From a virus (taxonomy: Duplodnaviria > Caudoviricetes): 52,536 nt of DNA. Under the pieces are notes generated by a model that saw only the letters and a program-made list of their open reading frames with translations, had not been told where the DNA came from and made no database searches. The translations under genes were made by a program, and so were the position numbers. The stretch spans positions 1 through 52,536 of IMG/VR virus record IMGVR_UViG_3300047301_000210; one strand, given 5' to 3'. Positions 36,486 through 46,005 of this stretch are shown here, piece after piece (the first letter of the stretch is position 1; every line of letters starts with the position of its first letter).

Positions 36486-39400
36486 GCACTTATGCTGTGA
36501 CCACATCCGTGAACATCGATAGCCTAGCTGCCAAGGCTGGGTCAGATACCTACAATATAAATGGTGGGTATCTGACTGTTGACCAAGATACCCGTTACGG
36601 CACAAATCAAAATACGAGTGCAGGCATGGGCAACATTGCCCTGTCTGCCACTCTTGGTGGCACCATTGAGTTCAATTCTACACTAGTTAGGATAATCCCG
36701 TATAATACGGGAACAGGAAACGTACCCGCCTACGGCACAACAATATCTTTAGGAGGGGCCAGCGGAATACTTCTCGGAGTTTACTCTGCGCTAAATGCTG
36801 TACCGACTGCCGTTGGCGTGGCAATGCCTGCCTCTGGATTCATAAAGATAAGACAGTGGAATAGTGTCGCCTATGCGGCAGGCGCCTTGACCGGCATTGG
36901 TGCGACTGCGACCGGCGTTGATCGCGCAGGATGGCTTGAGATTGTAGGTGTCGACGCACTTGCTTGTACGGTCAACCGCTTAAATACGTTCAAGGTGCGT
37001 GGAGACTGGTTTGACCTCGGCACGACCGATGGAACCAGAGCTACAACCTACCAGATTCCCTCTAATGGCGCAATCGTGTACCTACCTGGCGTATGGGTTG
37101 AAACAGGAACGTCAACAGGGATTTATGAATTCTATCCCTGTGCTGGCTCACTCACTGCTTTGGCTGCAAACGTAGCCACCGATGAAGTACGCGGACGTTT
37201 CTGCTGGATCTCTACGGCTGGACTCCTGCGATTTGGTCATGACGGAACAAACTTAACTGGCGGTTTCATTCCTGCTGCTGGACGCAAAGTAAGGATTCCC
37301 AATATCTTTTTCATGTGCTGCACATCTGCTGCGTTGACTGCAAACGTATTGCCCAACGCAACACTAGGCACTAGATACGAGTTTGCCACTACGGGTGGCG
37401 GCGTTATTGACATCGATAAAGCATCAGTTAATTGGTATTGCAACTTAAACCAGCCATACTCTGTAGCACTGAACAACACAGGTATTCTGACGAACTTGAC
37501 TGTTACTGAGTGCGCTGCTCCAATCACCTGGAGTCATGTCGGTGTCGGTCAGGAAGCTGCCGTAAGCACTTTCGGCCTTACGATGTCGTTATGCTTTGCT
37601 GGCGGCATAATTTCCAATTGTGTTTTTTCCCGTGCAACGCTCGCGGCGACAGGCCAATATGCTACTTCGATTGCAGATATTTCCGGCTTTACATTTACCA
37701 ATATCAGAGTACACTGCCTTGGTGGCGCAAGAGGCAACGCCACCACAGGATGTCAAACTCTGACCCGAGCCTCAAGCTGCACATGGACAAGTTGCTTGTT
37801 GGCGGGCGGAAGAAATCTACTTACGACATGCACGGACTGCACGTTCACGAATACAATTTATTATGATCACCCTGCGACAACTACCCCTGTAACAAATCCG
37901 CAATATTGCTTTGATCTAACCACAAATTGCCTTCGTGTTAAAGTTGACGGTTTAACTTTTGGCGGACTGACGTTATGTCAGCCTTATAGCGGAATTCTCA
38001 GCGTTGGTGCAGCCGGTTGCACCGATATTGATCTGAGAAACCTTGGCACCTACGCGGCCCCTCTTGACCTAGGCGGCGCACAACAGAATGCCACCTGGAC
38101 CCGCGCAACCACTACTGCGACAGCAACCAAGGTAGCGCATGGGCTTAAGGCTAATGACATTGTATATGTTCTTATTTCATCAGACGTTGCAGCAATAACC
38201 GTAGCATCGAAAACTGTAGCGACTGTTCCGACGGCAGATACTTTCACCTTTACGTGTCTAAACGCCGGTGCTGCATCAGGGACGCTCGTCTATTACCCTA
38301 CGATGAGTGCCTTGCTGTATACGTTGGCGACAGGTGCCGCCGCCAATAGTGTCAGAATTAAACGATGCTACACGCCTCACACCCGCACGAACCTTTCAAC
38401 AGAAGACAACTCTTCAAAAAATATAACGCTTGAAAGTGTTTATGGCGATTATATTGGTGTGCCGCTGACCCCAGCACTGAATAGAACAACGAAGGGTGTC
38501 GGCAGCACCCCATCACTGGCGGGACAAACCTCGTGCTATGGCACACACTGGATTGATGCTTTTATTGCAGCCGTGACCCCAAATCTCTCTGCGCAAGCTT
38601 GGACTCGGGCCACCACTACTGCGACTGTAACCTCGACCGCCCATGGCCTTAGAACGGGCCTGTTGATAAACGTTACCGTCACTAGCTCCGCAGCGGCAAT
38701 TGTCCTCGGGCAAAAAACAGTAACTGCTGTCACAGCCAACACCTTCACATTTACTTGTTTGAATGCAGGCTCTGCATCTGGCACTCTCACATTTGCTCCG
38801 CTCACGGGTCGTATTGGCCTTTTGATGAATGAATCAACCTCAGACACAGCCGATCAATACACTATTGATGCTGGTACAGCTGCCTTCACTAGTGCAGGCG
38901 GTCTCTACATGCCTGTGATCGCTGACCAAACAACATTCACCACTCCATATTCGATACTTGGTCATACCTACTTTCCTATCGCGGAAGCGGTAATGGCTGG
39001 TGGTACGATAGGCAACTACGATATCACGTATTCTATCGACAAAAACGATGGGGCTGGATACAGCGCATTCAAAAATCTCGCCTATCCTCGCGCAGGTGGT
39101 GGCGGAGCAAGTGCATCGACTAACGTAACTATGACGAGCACCACCGGCGTTGCAGCCGGCGATTACGTATGGGGTACAAATATTGCGCCTAACGCCAAGG
39201 TTGCTTCAATTACAAATAGCACCACGGTGGTTGTAGACATTGCAAATATTGGCGTAGTTTCCGGCGTACTCCGGTTCAGCCAATTGCCTAGTGAAACTTC
39301 GATAAATGCACAACTAGGAGTAAAGCTAAAGGTAAGGATTAAAACTACCACCACGAATGCGACAGCAATTACGTCGTTGTATTTCATTACCGATAGCACC

Positions 39401-40657
39401 GATGTTAGTCGCGCCTATCAGTATGTACTTGACCCTGTTGATACAACGGTGAGCGTCACCGATGCCGCAACCAATGCCGCTATAGCTAATGCCAGAGTGC
39501 TGCTGCTTGCCGCCAGTGGGGGAGATCTCCCCTATAACGAGAGTGTGACTATCGCTCTCGACGGTACCGATGGACTAACTTGTACGGTTACTCATACTGC
39601 ACATGGTTTAGAATCTGGAAACAAGGTTCTAATCAGAGGTGCGAATGACAAAATCTATAATGGCATTTTTGCGATCACAAAGCTAACCGACAATAGCTAT
39701 TCGTATGTCGCCAGCGGAGCCGTGACTGTTCCCGCACCGACCGGTAGGTATGATCCTGCGAGTGCATCAAATACTTATGTGTCAACCAAGATAAGCGTAT
39801 TGGCTGATTTGAGCGGAAATGGTCGCAATCTTATTCAGGCAGTCGATGCAACCAGGCCCGTTATATCTACCGATGCAACTCTCAGCAGAGATGTTATGGT
39901 ATTCTCAGGTGCTCAGCAGCTGACTCAGTCGGTGGAAAACTTTCACAATCTACTTGGAATTACAAATTGGACGGTTGTGCTTGAGGGACAGGTTACGTCT
40001 GCTCCTAATGCATTCTCCAATTACTGGGAAAACCCCACGTTCTTTGCAAGCGACGGGCAAGACTACTCTGTAGTCGCTCAAACAAGTTCTGATGTTATTC
40101 GGGCCAGGGTGGGTTATTTTGATGCAAGCTTTGTTGGACACACGCCTGCCTTGCAATCCCCCTTGTTTTTAAACAAGTGGTCGACAGTGAGCGATATAAA
40201 AAATGCCACTACTGACACGGTTGCTCTCGACGGATTAAGTGGTACGGCTGAGAACATCTCTGCGATCCCCAATCGCTTTTCTGCAGGAACCGAGCTTGCA
40301 GTCATTGGAAGAGGGTACTCGGGTACTGGCCTTAACTTCTTCACTGGAAAGATTGGACGGGTTAACCTGTATAACACAGCGCTTACGCAAGCGCAATTGG
40401 ATGTTGTGATCGCTGGCATGACAGCTTCTGCGACTGCGACCGGCACAGTGACCGCCACAGCGGTGATTATAGACGGCGAAACCGATGGGTATGGTCAAAT
40501 AACAGAGGTACGCTCGTTTTCTGGATTGACGCAGCCAGTTTCAGGAAGAGTCCGCAGGGCAACATCATCAACGATGTATAAAACTACAAACGTCACTGGA
40601 ACAGTTAGCTCTGCTTCGGGAGTGACTCTTAACGTGCAATTAATCCAGGATTCATAA
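36482..40657 (+). CDS. large tail fibre/spike-like protein with beta-helix, repeated beta modules and a LamG-like domain
   Basis: 1391 aa, Thr/Ala/Gly-rich. Cys/Asn-laddered region, repeated AHGL modules, and LADLSGNGRN...FTGKIGRVNLYNTALT (LamG/ConA-like). Confidence 0.8.
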   Translation: MSTYAVTTSVNIDSLAAKAGSDTYNINGGYLTVDQDTRYGTNQNTSAGMGNIALSATLGGTIEFNSTLVRIIPYNTGTGNVPAYGTTISLGGASGILLGVYSALNAVPTAVGVAMPASGFIKIRQWNSVAYAAGALTGIGATATGVDRAGWLEIVGVDALACTVNRLNTFKVRGDWFDLGTTDGTRATTYQIPSNGAIVYLPGVWVETGTSTGIYEFYPCAGSLTALAANVATDEVRGRFCWISTAGLLRFGHDGTNLTGGFIPAAGRKVRIPNIFFMCCTSAALTANVLPNATLGTRYEFATTGGGVIDIDKASVNWYCNLNQPYSVALNNTGILTNLTVTECAAPITWSHVGVGQEAAVSTFGLTMSLCFAGGIISNCVFSRATLAATGQYATSIADISGFTFTNIRVHCLGGARGNATTGCQTLTRASSCTWTSCLLAGGRNLLTTCTDCTFTNTIYYDHPATTTPVTNPQYCFDLTTNCLRVKVDGLTFGGLTLCQPYSGILSVGAAGCTDIDLRNLGTYAAPLDLGGAQQNATWTRATTTATATKVAHGLKANDIVYVLISSDVAAITVASKTVATVPTADTFTFTCLNAGAASGTLVYYPTMSALLYTLATGAAANSVRIKRCYTPHTRTNLSTEDNSSKNITLESVYGDYIGVPLTPALNRTTKGVGSTPSLAGQTSCYGTHWIDAFIAAVTPNLSAQAWTRATTTATVTSTAHGLRTGLLINVTVTSSAAAIVLGQKTVTAVTANTFTFTCLNAGSASGTLTFAPLTGRIGLLMNESTSDTADQYTIDAGTAAFTSAGGLYMPVIADQTTFTTPYSILGHTYFPIAEAVMAGGTIGNYDITYSIDKNDGAGYSAFKNLAYPRAGGGGASASTNVTMTSTTGVAAGDYVWGTNIAPNAKVASITNSTTVVVDIANIGVVSGVLRFSQLPSETSINAQLGVKLKVRIKTTTTNATAITSLYFITDSTDVSRAYQYVLDPVDTTVSVTDAATNAAIANARVLLLAASGGDLPYNESVTIALDGTDGLTCTVTHTAHGLESGNKVLIRGANDKIYNGIFAITKLTDNSYSYVASGAVTVPAPTGRYDPASASNTYVSTKISVLADLSGNGRNLIQAVDATRPVISTDATLSRDVMVFSGAQQLTQSVENFHNLLGITNWTVVLEGQVTSAPNAFSNYWENPTFFASDGQDYSVVAQTSSDVIRARVGYFDASFVGHTPALQSPLFLNKWSTVSDIKNATTDTVALDGLSGTAENISAIPNRFSAGTELAVIGRGYSGTGLNFFTGKIGRVNLYNTALTQAQLDVVIAGMTASATATGTVTATAVIIDGETDGYGQITEVRSFSGLTQPVSGRVRRATSSTMYKTTNVTGTVSSASGVTLNVQLIQDS
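38096..38788 (+). repeat. duplicated ~64-aa module (38096-38287 and 38600-38788); diverged third copy near 39581-39710
   Basis: WTRATTTATxTxxAHGL...KTV...TFTFTCLNAGxASGTL. Confidence 0.9.
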
Positions 40658-40666
40658 AGGGCCAAA

Positions 40667-40891
40667 ATGAGTGACGCAGATAGCAATGAACGAATACTGA
40701 GCAAAAAGAATACGCTTGCGCTAGAAGAGGCAATCAAGCAACTCAATGTAAAAATGCAAGAGAAGGAAGACAAAATTCTTGGCCTTCAAAACACAGTTGC
40801 CTCCTTGACGAATCGCCTCGACCTGCTGGAACAGGCGCTAATGATTCAGCGAGTCATGGCGATGGGCCATGGGGCTTCTGTTAGGAGTTGA
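40667..40891 (+). CDS. small coiled-coil protein
   Basis: 74 aa with heptad pattern, within the fibre operon. Confidence 0.75.
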   Translation: MSDADSNERILSKKNTLALEEAIKQLNVKMQEKEDKILGLQNTVASLTNRLDLLEQALMIQRVMAMGHGASVRS

Positions 40892-40894
40892 TAG

Positions 40895-42055
40895 ATGGCG
40901 ATCTCCATTGATTGGCTAAATAAGGTAATAAATGTCCCGCGGGCGGATATGTTGCTGATTCAAACCGTTCCAAGCGAGATTCGCCAATTGGATATCGATT
41001 CCTTTCGACTTGATCTCAAGGACTTGGAAGACAATACCGACGGCATGGTCTTCCAAGACACTCACCGGCACAATACCACTGTTACGGTAGGTGGAGCGGT
41101 GCTGGCCCGTGTTGTAGAAATCATAAATGGATATACTGTTACATTTGAAGACGGACAATATGCCGTCAACCTTGTTGGTGCAAACTCAAATATTGGCGAC
41201 GTCACGAACGTAAATCAGGTATCTGTTCGTTCATCGAACTCCGCTGGTCTTCAGGACTTGAACTCACTGCAGGCGGCTTCGTTTGCAAACAGCGTCACAA
41301 TAAATACCGGTAGCGCCTACACAGGAACATTATTTCCCATTGGTACAAGGCAGTACCCTGTCAACAATATGGCTGATGCACTTGCAATCGCAAACAACAG
41401 AGGGCTGAAGACATTCTCTGTGGCGTCAAACCTGACACTGTCGGCAGGGGACTTCTCAAATAGCTTCCGATTTGTAGGCGACAACATCAATATCGCGGTT
41501 ACAATTGATGGGTACGCCGACGTAACCAATTGCGAATTCAACGCCGTAACAATCACAGGGACACTTGACAACAACAATCTGTTTAAAGGCTGCGTTGTTG
41601 GCGACATGACTCATGTCAATGGAATACTTCACAACTGCGGGCTCAGAGGAGTTATTTCTGTTGCGGGTACAAACACCGCAGTCCTTCTTGATTGTTATTC
41701 CATTCTTGAAGATCAAAACAGCAGCGAACTACCAAGACTAGATATGACATCCGTCAATGGGGATGTTGCGATCAGAGGTTTTAATGGGGAGCTGCATGTC
41801 GCAAATGCAACCAACCCTGACGCCGTAGTCAGCATTGACTTCAATGCTGGTCAGCTCCATATGAAGTCAAGTTCGACTGCTGGAACGTTTATCGTGAGAG
41901 GTGTGTGCGAGCTTGTAACAAATGGAAGCACTGCAACACTCATAGATAAAACATTGCAGACCGCAATTCCCACAAATACCTGGGATAAAACAGTATCGAA
42001 TATAAGTGCGCCAGGTTCAATTGGAGAAAAGATTCGCAAAAATCTGCCGCGTTAA
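40895..42055 (+). CDS. virion protein with beta-helix-like repeats
   Basis: AGGAG RBS, 386 aa, Asn/Cys ladders (TNCEF, KGCVV, HNCGL, LDCYS). Confidence 0.75.
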   Translation: MAISIDWLNKVINVPRADMLLIQTVPSEIRQLDIDSFRLDLKDLEDNTDGMVFQDTHRHNTTVTVGGAVLARVVEIINGYTVTFEDGQYAVNLVGANSNIGDVTNVNQVSVRSSNSAGLQDLNSLQAASFANSVTINTGSAYTGTLFPIGTRQYPVNNMADALAIANNRGLKTFSVASNLTLSAGDFSNSFRFVGDNINIAVTIDGYADVTNCEFNAVTITGTLDNNNLFKGCVVGDMTHVNGILHNCGLRGVISVAGTNTAVLLDCYSILEDQNSSELPRLDMTSVNGDVAIRGFNGELHVANATNPDAVVSIDFNAGQLHMKSSSTAGTFIVRGVCELVTNGSTATLIDKTLQTAIPTNTWDKTVSNISAPGSIGEKIRKNLPR

Positions 42056-42066
42056 AGGGAGTAGTT

Positions 42067-42876
42067 GTGGTCATCAATGTTTCTTTTTCGGGCTCCGGCC
42101 AACTCTATCCGATTTTCATAGGAACATTGCTTTGTCTTCAGGATAGAGGTATCCGTGTAGCAGAGGTGTCCGCTACCTCTGGTGGGGCAATCATTGCCGC
42201 AGGGATGGCGTCCGGCTACAAACCCGGGCCAGGCCTAATTGAACTTATCAAGAGAACACTGCCACTTCGAAATAAACTATTTGATCTCTCTCTGATTACC
42301 CTGTTCACAAAGTGGGGGTTGATTGGCGGGAACAAGATCGAGGCCGTGTTTCATGATAAGTTAGCCAAGACCTTGGGCGAGTCAAAACTTCCTATCTATA
42401 TTACGACTGCAAATATCTCTAAGCGCAGAGTAAGGGTGTTGTCGTCTCACCGAGATCCAGACTTTAGTTTGCCACAAGCAGTCCGGATGTCTATATCTAT
42501 TCCTCTTTTGTTTGCTCCTGTCGTCCATGATGACGACCACTATGTTGATGGTGGCTGGGTTAAGAATTTTCCCATGGATGTATTCACCAACGGGCTACCG
42601 ACCCTGGGTTTCAGATTCCATACGAAAAATACACTTGGCAGCAAAATTAAAAAGCTAAAAGACTACCTAGTCGGTCTTATCGAGACTTTGATTAGAGCCA
42701 ATGAAGACGAAGACATCGCTGATTCAACCAACTCTCATGTGGTTGACATTCCAACAAAGTATAGCTCTTTGAATTTCAATGTAAGCGAGAGTGATGTTGA
42801 CACCATGATCCAAGAAGGATACCGGGCAACTGACGCATGGCTGGACAAAAATGCTAAAAAAGTCTTCAACTTGTGA
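42067..42876 (+). CDS. patatin-like phospholipase
   Basis: SFSGSG oxyanion loop, ATSGG nucleophile elbow, AVRMSISIPLLFAP, and VDGG (catalytic Asp). Confidence 0.88.
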   Translation: MVINVSFSGSGQLYPIFIGTLLCLQDRGIRVAEVSATSGGAIIAAGMASGYKPGPGLIELIKRTLPLRNKLFDLSLITLFTKWGLIGGNKIEAVFHDKLAKTLGESKLPIYITTANISKRRVRVLSSHRDPDFSLPQAVRMSISIPLLFAPVVHDDDHYVDGGWVKNFPMDVFTNGLPTLGFRFHTKNTLGSKIKKLKDYLVGLIETLIRANEDEDIADSTNSHVVDIPTKYSSLNFNVSESDVDTMIQEGYRATDAWLDKNAKKVFNL

Positions 42877-43141
42877 AATATGTCAGATGGATGAAGTCGC
42901 AGCTCTCCATACTCATCACATCATTCCGCAGTGTGACCCGCGCTGCACAAACAGACCAGATAACCTGGTTGTTGTTTGTGCCAATTGCCATCAGTTAATT
43001 CACAAAGGCAAGATCGTTGTAGAGGGTTGGCTTGGTACAACGATTGGCAGATGTTTTTTCTGGAGAAAGTCCGACGAGGCACCAAAGATTCGAGGCGGCT
43101 TTATATTTCTACCAGACGGCAAAGTGAGGATCGAATGGTAG
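42851..43141 (+). CDS. HNH endonuclease (zinc-binding)
   Basis: CEIC...HTHHIIP...NLVVVCANCHQLIH. Confidence 0.88.
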   Translation: MLKKSSTCEICQMDEVAALHTHHIIPQCDPRCTNRPDNLVVVCANCHQLIHKGKIVVEGWLGTTIGRCFFWRKSDEAPKIRGGFIFLPDGKVRIEW

Positions 43142-43443
43142 AGTCATTACTTAAAGAGATCCTTGCAGAATTGAGACTTATATCAAAAAAGCTTGATAAC
43201 ATCCAGAGAGTTGACGAGCCAAAAAGTGCCGCAGACAGAATTGACGAAGTAAGGCGAAGAATCGCAGAGGAGAAAGAAAATGTCAAAAGAAGAAGTCACC
43301 AAGAAGATGAACGATTTCCTGGGACGAAAAGAGAAATCGGACGCAGAGCGCAAGGTGGAGACTCGGCTCGTAAATGGGGCGAAGCAAATGCGGGAAGCCC
43401 AGAAGCACCTGCAGGCACTAAGGGAAGAGACCACCAAGACTGA
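43135..43443 (+). CDS. hypothetical coiled-coil protein
   Basis: GAGG RBS before ATG 43135 (MVESLLKEIL); the 3' half overlaps the next gene by 164 nt. Confidence 0.5.
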   Translation: MVESLLKEILAELRLISKKLDNIQRVDEPKSAADRIDEVRRRIAEEKENVKRRSHQEDERFPGTKREIGRRAQGGDSARKWGEANAGSPEAPAGTKGRDHQD

Positions 43444-43558
43444 AGGCGCCATACGTGAATTAGTAAGCCAGCTTCAGGCCATGTGGGATCTCGCACTCGA
43501 ATATGAAGGAGAGCACGCTCTCTCTAGCCAAAAGGAAAAAGCAGAGGGAGAAGTATGA
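43280..43558 (+). CDS. hypothetical coiled-coil protein
   Basis: GAGGAG RBS, 92 aa, ATGA overlap with the cold-shock gene. Confidence 0.75.
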   Translation: MSKEEVTKKMNDFLGRKEKSDAERKVETRLVNGAKQMREAQKHLQALREETTKTEGAIRELVSQLQAMWDLALEYEGEHALSSQKEKAEGEV

Positions 43559-43833
43559 AGTACATTGGAGAGGTTGTCAAGTTCAAAGACAAGGCTGGCG
43601 GATATGGATTCATCCGAACAGAGGGTCCTCAGGCGACAGATGTATTTTTCTACTACAAGTACCTGCTTATGCCCGGCTACAAAACGGTAGCGCCTGGAAC
43701 CAGGGTTGAATTTGAGTTGGGAGAAAACCACCGTGGAAAAATGGCTATCAAAATCCAAGTTTTGATGTTTCCAGATGGCACTGCCCCAGATTATATGCCT
43801 GAATCAAGCGAATCCGACAACGAAGATGTTTGA
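43555..43833 (+). CDS. cold-shock domain (OB-fold) nucleic-acid-binding protein
   Basis: GEVVKF...GYGFI (RNP1), DVFFYY (RNP2 variant), GYKTV..G.RVEFE...GKMA. Confidence 0.9.
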   Translation: MKYIGEVVKFKDKAGGYGFIRTEGPQATDVFFYYKYLLMPGYKTVAPGTRVEFELGENHRGKMAIKIQVLMFPDGTAPDYMPESSESDNEDV

Positions 43834-43834
43834 C

Positions 43835-43861
43835 AAGAGGCCAGTAAATCTGGCCTCTTTA
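43835..43861 (+). terminator. probable intrinsic terminator
   Basis: AAGAGGCCAG-taaat-CTGGCCTCTT followed by a short T run. Confidence 0.7.
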
Positions 43862-43875
43862 TGTGAAGGAAGCAA

Positions 43876-44319
43876 ATGAGCCTACCCAATAAGATCCTAG
43901 TTTATAACCCAAAATCTACAATCGCAAAACTGCGCGATCTCGACCTTCAAATCCAACCCTATGGGACGATTGATCTGAGGGTAAAAATACCGCGACTAAC
44001 AGAAGAGAGGTGGAGTGAAATTCGAACCAAGGGAGATCTAGCGGCTAAGCTAAAGGACGCCTCCCTTACTCTTAATTATTCGGACCATCGAATTGGTCCG
44101 TCTGAGCCAGCAACGACAGAATCCAAAGTTCCTTTTGCTCGTCGTGCTCTTGCGATTCCAAGGGGAAAGGTTAAACAATCAGATTTCATCGAGAAACTCC
44201 AGGCTGAGTTTAGCGGAGATTCTATTCTTGTCGCACCAGAGAGCGATATTGCAAAGAACACCTCTGACATGATTAATAACATTGACTTTGATGGATTCGA
44301 CGACCCACTTGCCGACTGA
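43876..44319 (+). CDS. hypothetical protein
   Basis: AAGGA RBS; N-domain resembles those of 30781 and 32062. Confidence 0.75.
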   Translation: MSLPNKILVYNPKSTIAKLRDLDLQIQPYGTIDLRVKIPRLTEERWSEIRTKGDLAAKLKDASLTLNYSDHRIGPSEPATTESKVPFARRALAIPRGKVKQSDFIEKLQAEFSGDSILVAPESDIAKNTSDMINNIDFDGFDDPLAD

Positions 44320-44370
44320 GCGACCTAATAATTGCGCTCATAGATAGTGAATATTATCTTGGAGCGATAA

Positions 44371-45255
44371 ATGGCGATAAGTTTCTATCAAAGAGCAGCT
44401 GTTCCACCTGGAGCTAAAATCAGGCTTGAGGTACAGTTTCGCGATTCTGCCGGTATTGCCCGGGACGCAGACTCGTCTCCAACAATTACCATTAATGATG
44501 CGGCCAACACCTCTATCGTCAGCACTACTGTTGGAGTTCTTAGAACTGGAGAGGGGCTCTATCGTTATGATCTAACGATTCCAGATATTGTCGTGGATGG
44601 AACCTGGAGAGATACCTGGACAGCTGCAATCGATGGTTACGCCAACATTACTACATTTGACTTCAATGTACTAACGCCTGGCACTATTGAGGCTGTTGGC
44701 AGCGGAGTAACAAAGCCCGAGATGCAGATCGGGGATGATCCAATTATTTCATTTACTCAAGAAGAGACTTATGGCATCAATATGCTTATGAAGTTGCTTC
44801 GTTTTCGTTTGCGAAACACACAGATTATGCCGAATGGATCTAGGTGCGATATCCTATCTATTGCCGACATGCAAAGCTTTCTATGGTTGGCGCTGAGCGA
44901 GTTCAATGCGACTCCAACATTTACTGGCTATTTCTTTAGTGATGTCCCAATCTACACCACGTTCTCTGACATCATTGTTGAAGGCGCGTACTTAAAGGCA
45001 CTTCCTTCAATTATTCCTGCTGAAACAGGAAGAGAATGGGTTGCGACCGATGATGGGATCAATATTACTCCTGCTAGTGTCAGCAGTGCGCTAAGTGGCA
45101 TTCTTGGTCAGCTATATACTGAGTATAGAGCAAAGATTAAAGAGGCTAAGCGCAACCACCGCCCAGCTCCCTTGGGAATGGGTGCCGGTCAGCTTGCGGT
45201 TGCAAACCCAGCTTACCGAAAAGTTCGTAATATCCGTGTATTCGGAGTTTTCTGA
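44371..45255 (+). CDS. putative neck/head-tail adaptor with N-terminal Ig-like domain
   Basis: GGAG RBS. Beta-sandwich N-domain (G.YRY...P...DGTW.D.W) and a helical C-domain (LALSEFNATP). The function is inferred from layout and position. Confidence 0.5.
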   Translation: MAISFYQRAAVPPGAKIRLEVQFRDSAGIARDADSSPTITINDAANTSIVSTTVGVLRTGEGLYRYDLTIPDIVVDGTWRDTWTAAIDGYANITTFDFNVLTPGTIEAVGSGVTKPEMQIGDDPIISFTQEETYGINMLMKLLRFRLRNTQIMPNGSRCDILSIADMQSFLWLALSEFNATPTFTGYFFSDVPIYTTFSDIIVEGAYLKALPSIIPAETGREWVATDDGINITPASVSSALSGILGQLYTEYRAKIKEAKRNHRPAPLGMGAGQLAVANPAYRKVRNIRVFGVF

Positions 45256-45264
45256 GGTTAACCA

Positions 45265-45522
45265 ATGGCTGCTATAACTACAACTGGCCGATCTTTCTTG
45301 CACTTCTCTGGAGTCAGTGGCGATGTCATCACGTTTAATCGGACAATCGCCTCTGTTATTTTGACTGCCCCAACAGGCAGTGCATTGACAGTTGTCTTTA
45401 ATGCAGAGGTAGACGCCGTGCCACTTCCTCTCGCAGTCGGCACACATGAATTCTTTGTTAACCCATACAGCATAACTATCGGTGGCACTGGCACATTAAC
45501 TGGTGTTGGAGTAGCAACCTAA
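45265..45522 (+). CDS. small beta-rich virion protein
   Basis: GAGG RBS, 85 aa. Confidence 0.75.
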   Translation: MAAITTTGRSFLHFSGVSGDVITFNRTIASVILTAPTGSALTVVFNAEVDAVPLPLAVGTHEFFVNPYSITIGGTGTLTGVGVAT

Positions 45523-45992
45523 TGGAGATACTTGACTTCTTCCTTCAGTTAATTTCTGCAGAGAAAGGTATCCTGGCGGCCGGCTGGGCTATCTCTATTT
45601 ATCTTGCGTACAGAATGCTGACCAAAAAAGATGCAGTTGCAGAAGATAGCAAGACTGTCGCAGCTCAACATGCAGCAGACATAAAAACAGTGAGAGAATC
45701 TCTTGAAAAAGAGCTTCAAGACCTGCGCATTGCTCACTCTGCAGAATTGGCGGAGCTCCGAAAAGCACATGACGTCAGAATTGATGAAATTGAGGATGAT
45801 CTTGAGGGAAGACTGAAAGAGACCTCAGGTCGCCTGCACGACATGAATGACACACACATCAAACTTATAACAGATATGTCAGAGAGACGAATCGAAGATA
45901 TTAAGTCATTGAACGAAGACTACAATGCAATGGCGGAATCTGTTCGCCTAGCTATTGAAAAACTAGCACAGAGCTTGTCCAAAAAGCGCTGA
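45522..45992 (+). CDS. membrane-anchored coiled-coil protein (holin-like possible)
   Basis: N-terminal hydrophobic helix GILAAGWAISIYLAY followed by a long coiled coil. Confidence 0.6.
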   Translation: MEILDFFLQLISAEKGILAAGWAISIYLAYRMLTKKDAVAEDSKTVAAQHAADIKTVRESLEKELQDLRIAHSAELAELRKAHDVRIDEIEDDLEGRLKETSGRLHDMNDTHIKLITDMSERRIEDIKSLNEDYNAMAESVRLAIEKLAQSLSKKR

Positions 45993-46005
45993 CCCGGAGA
46001 TACGC

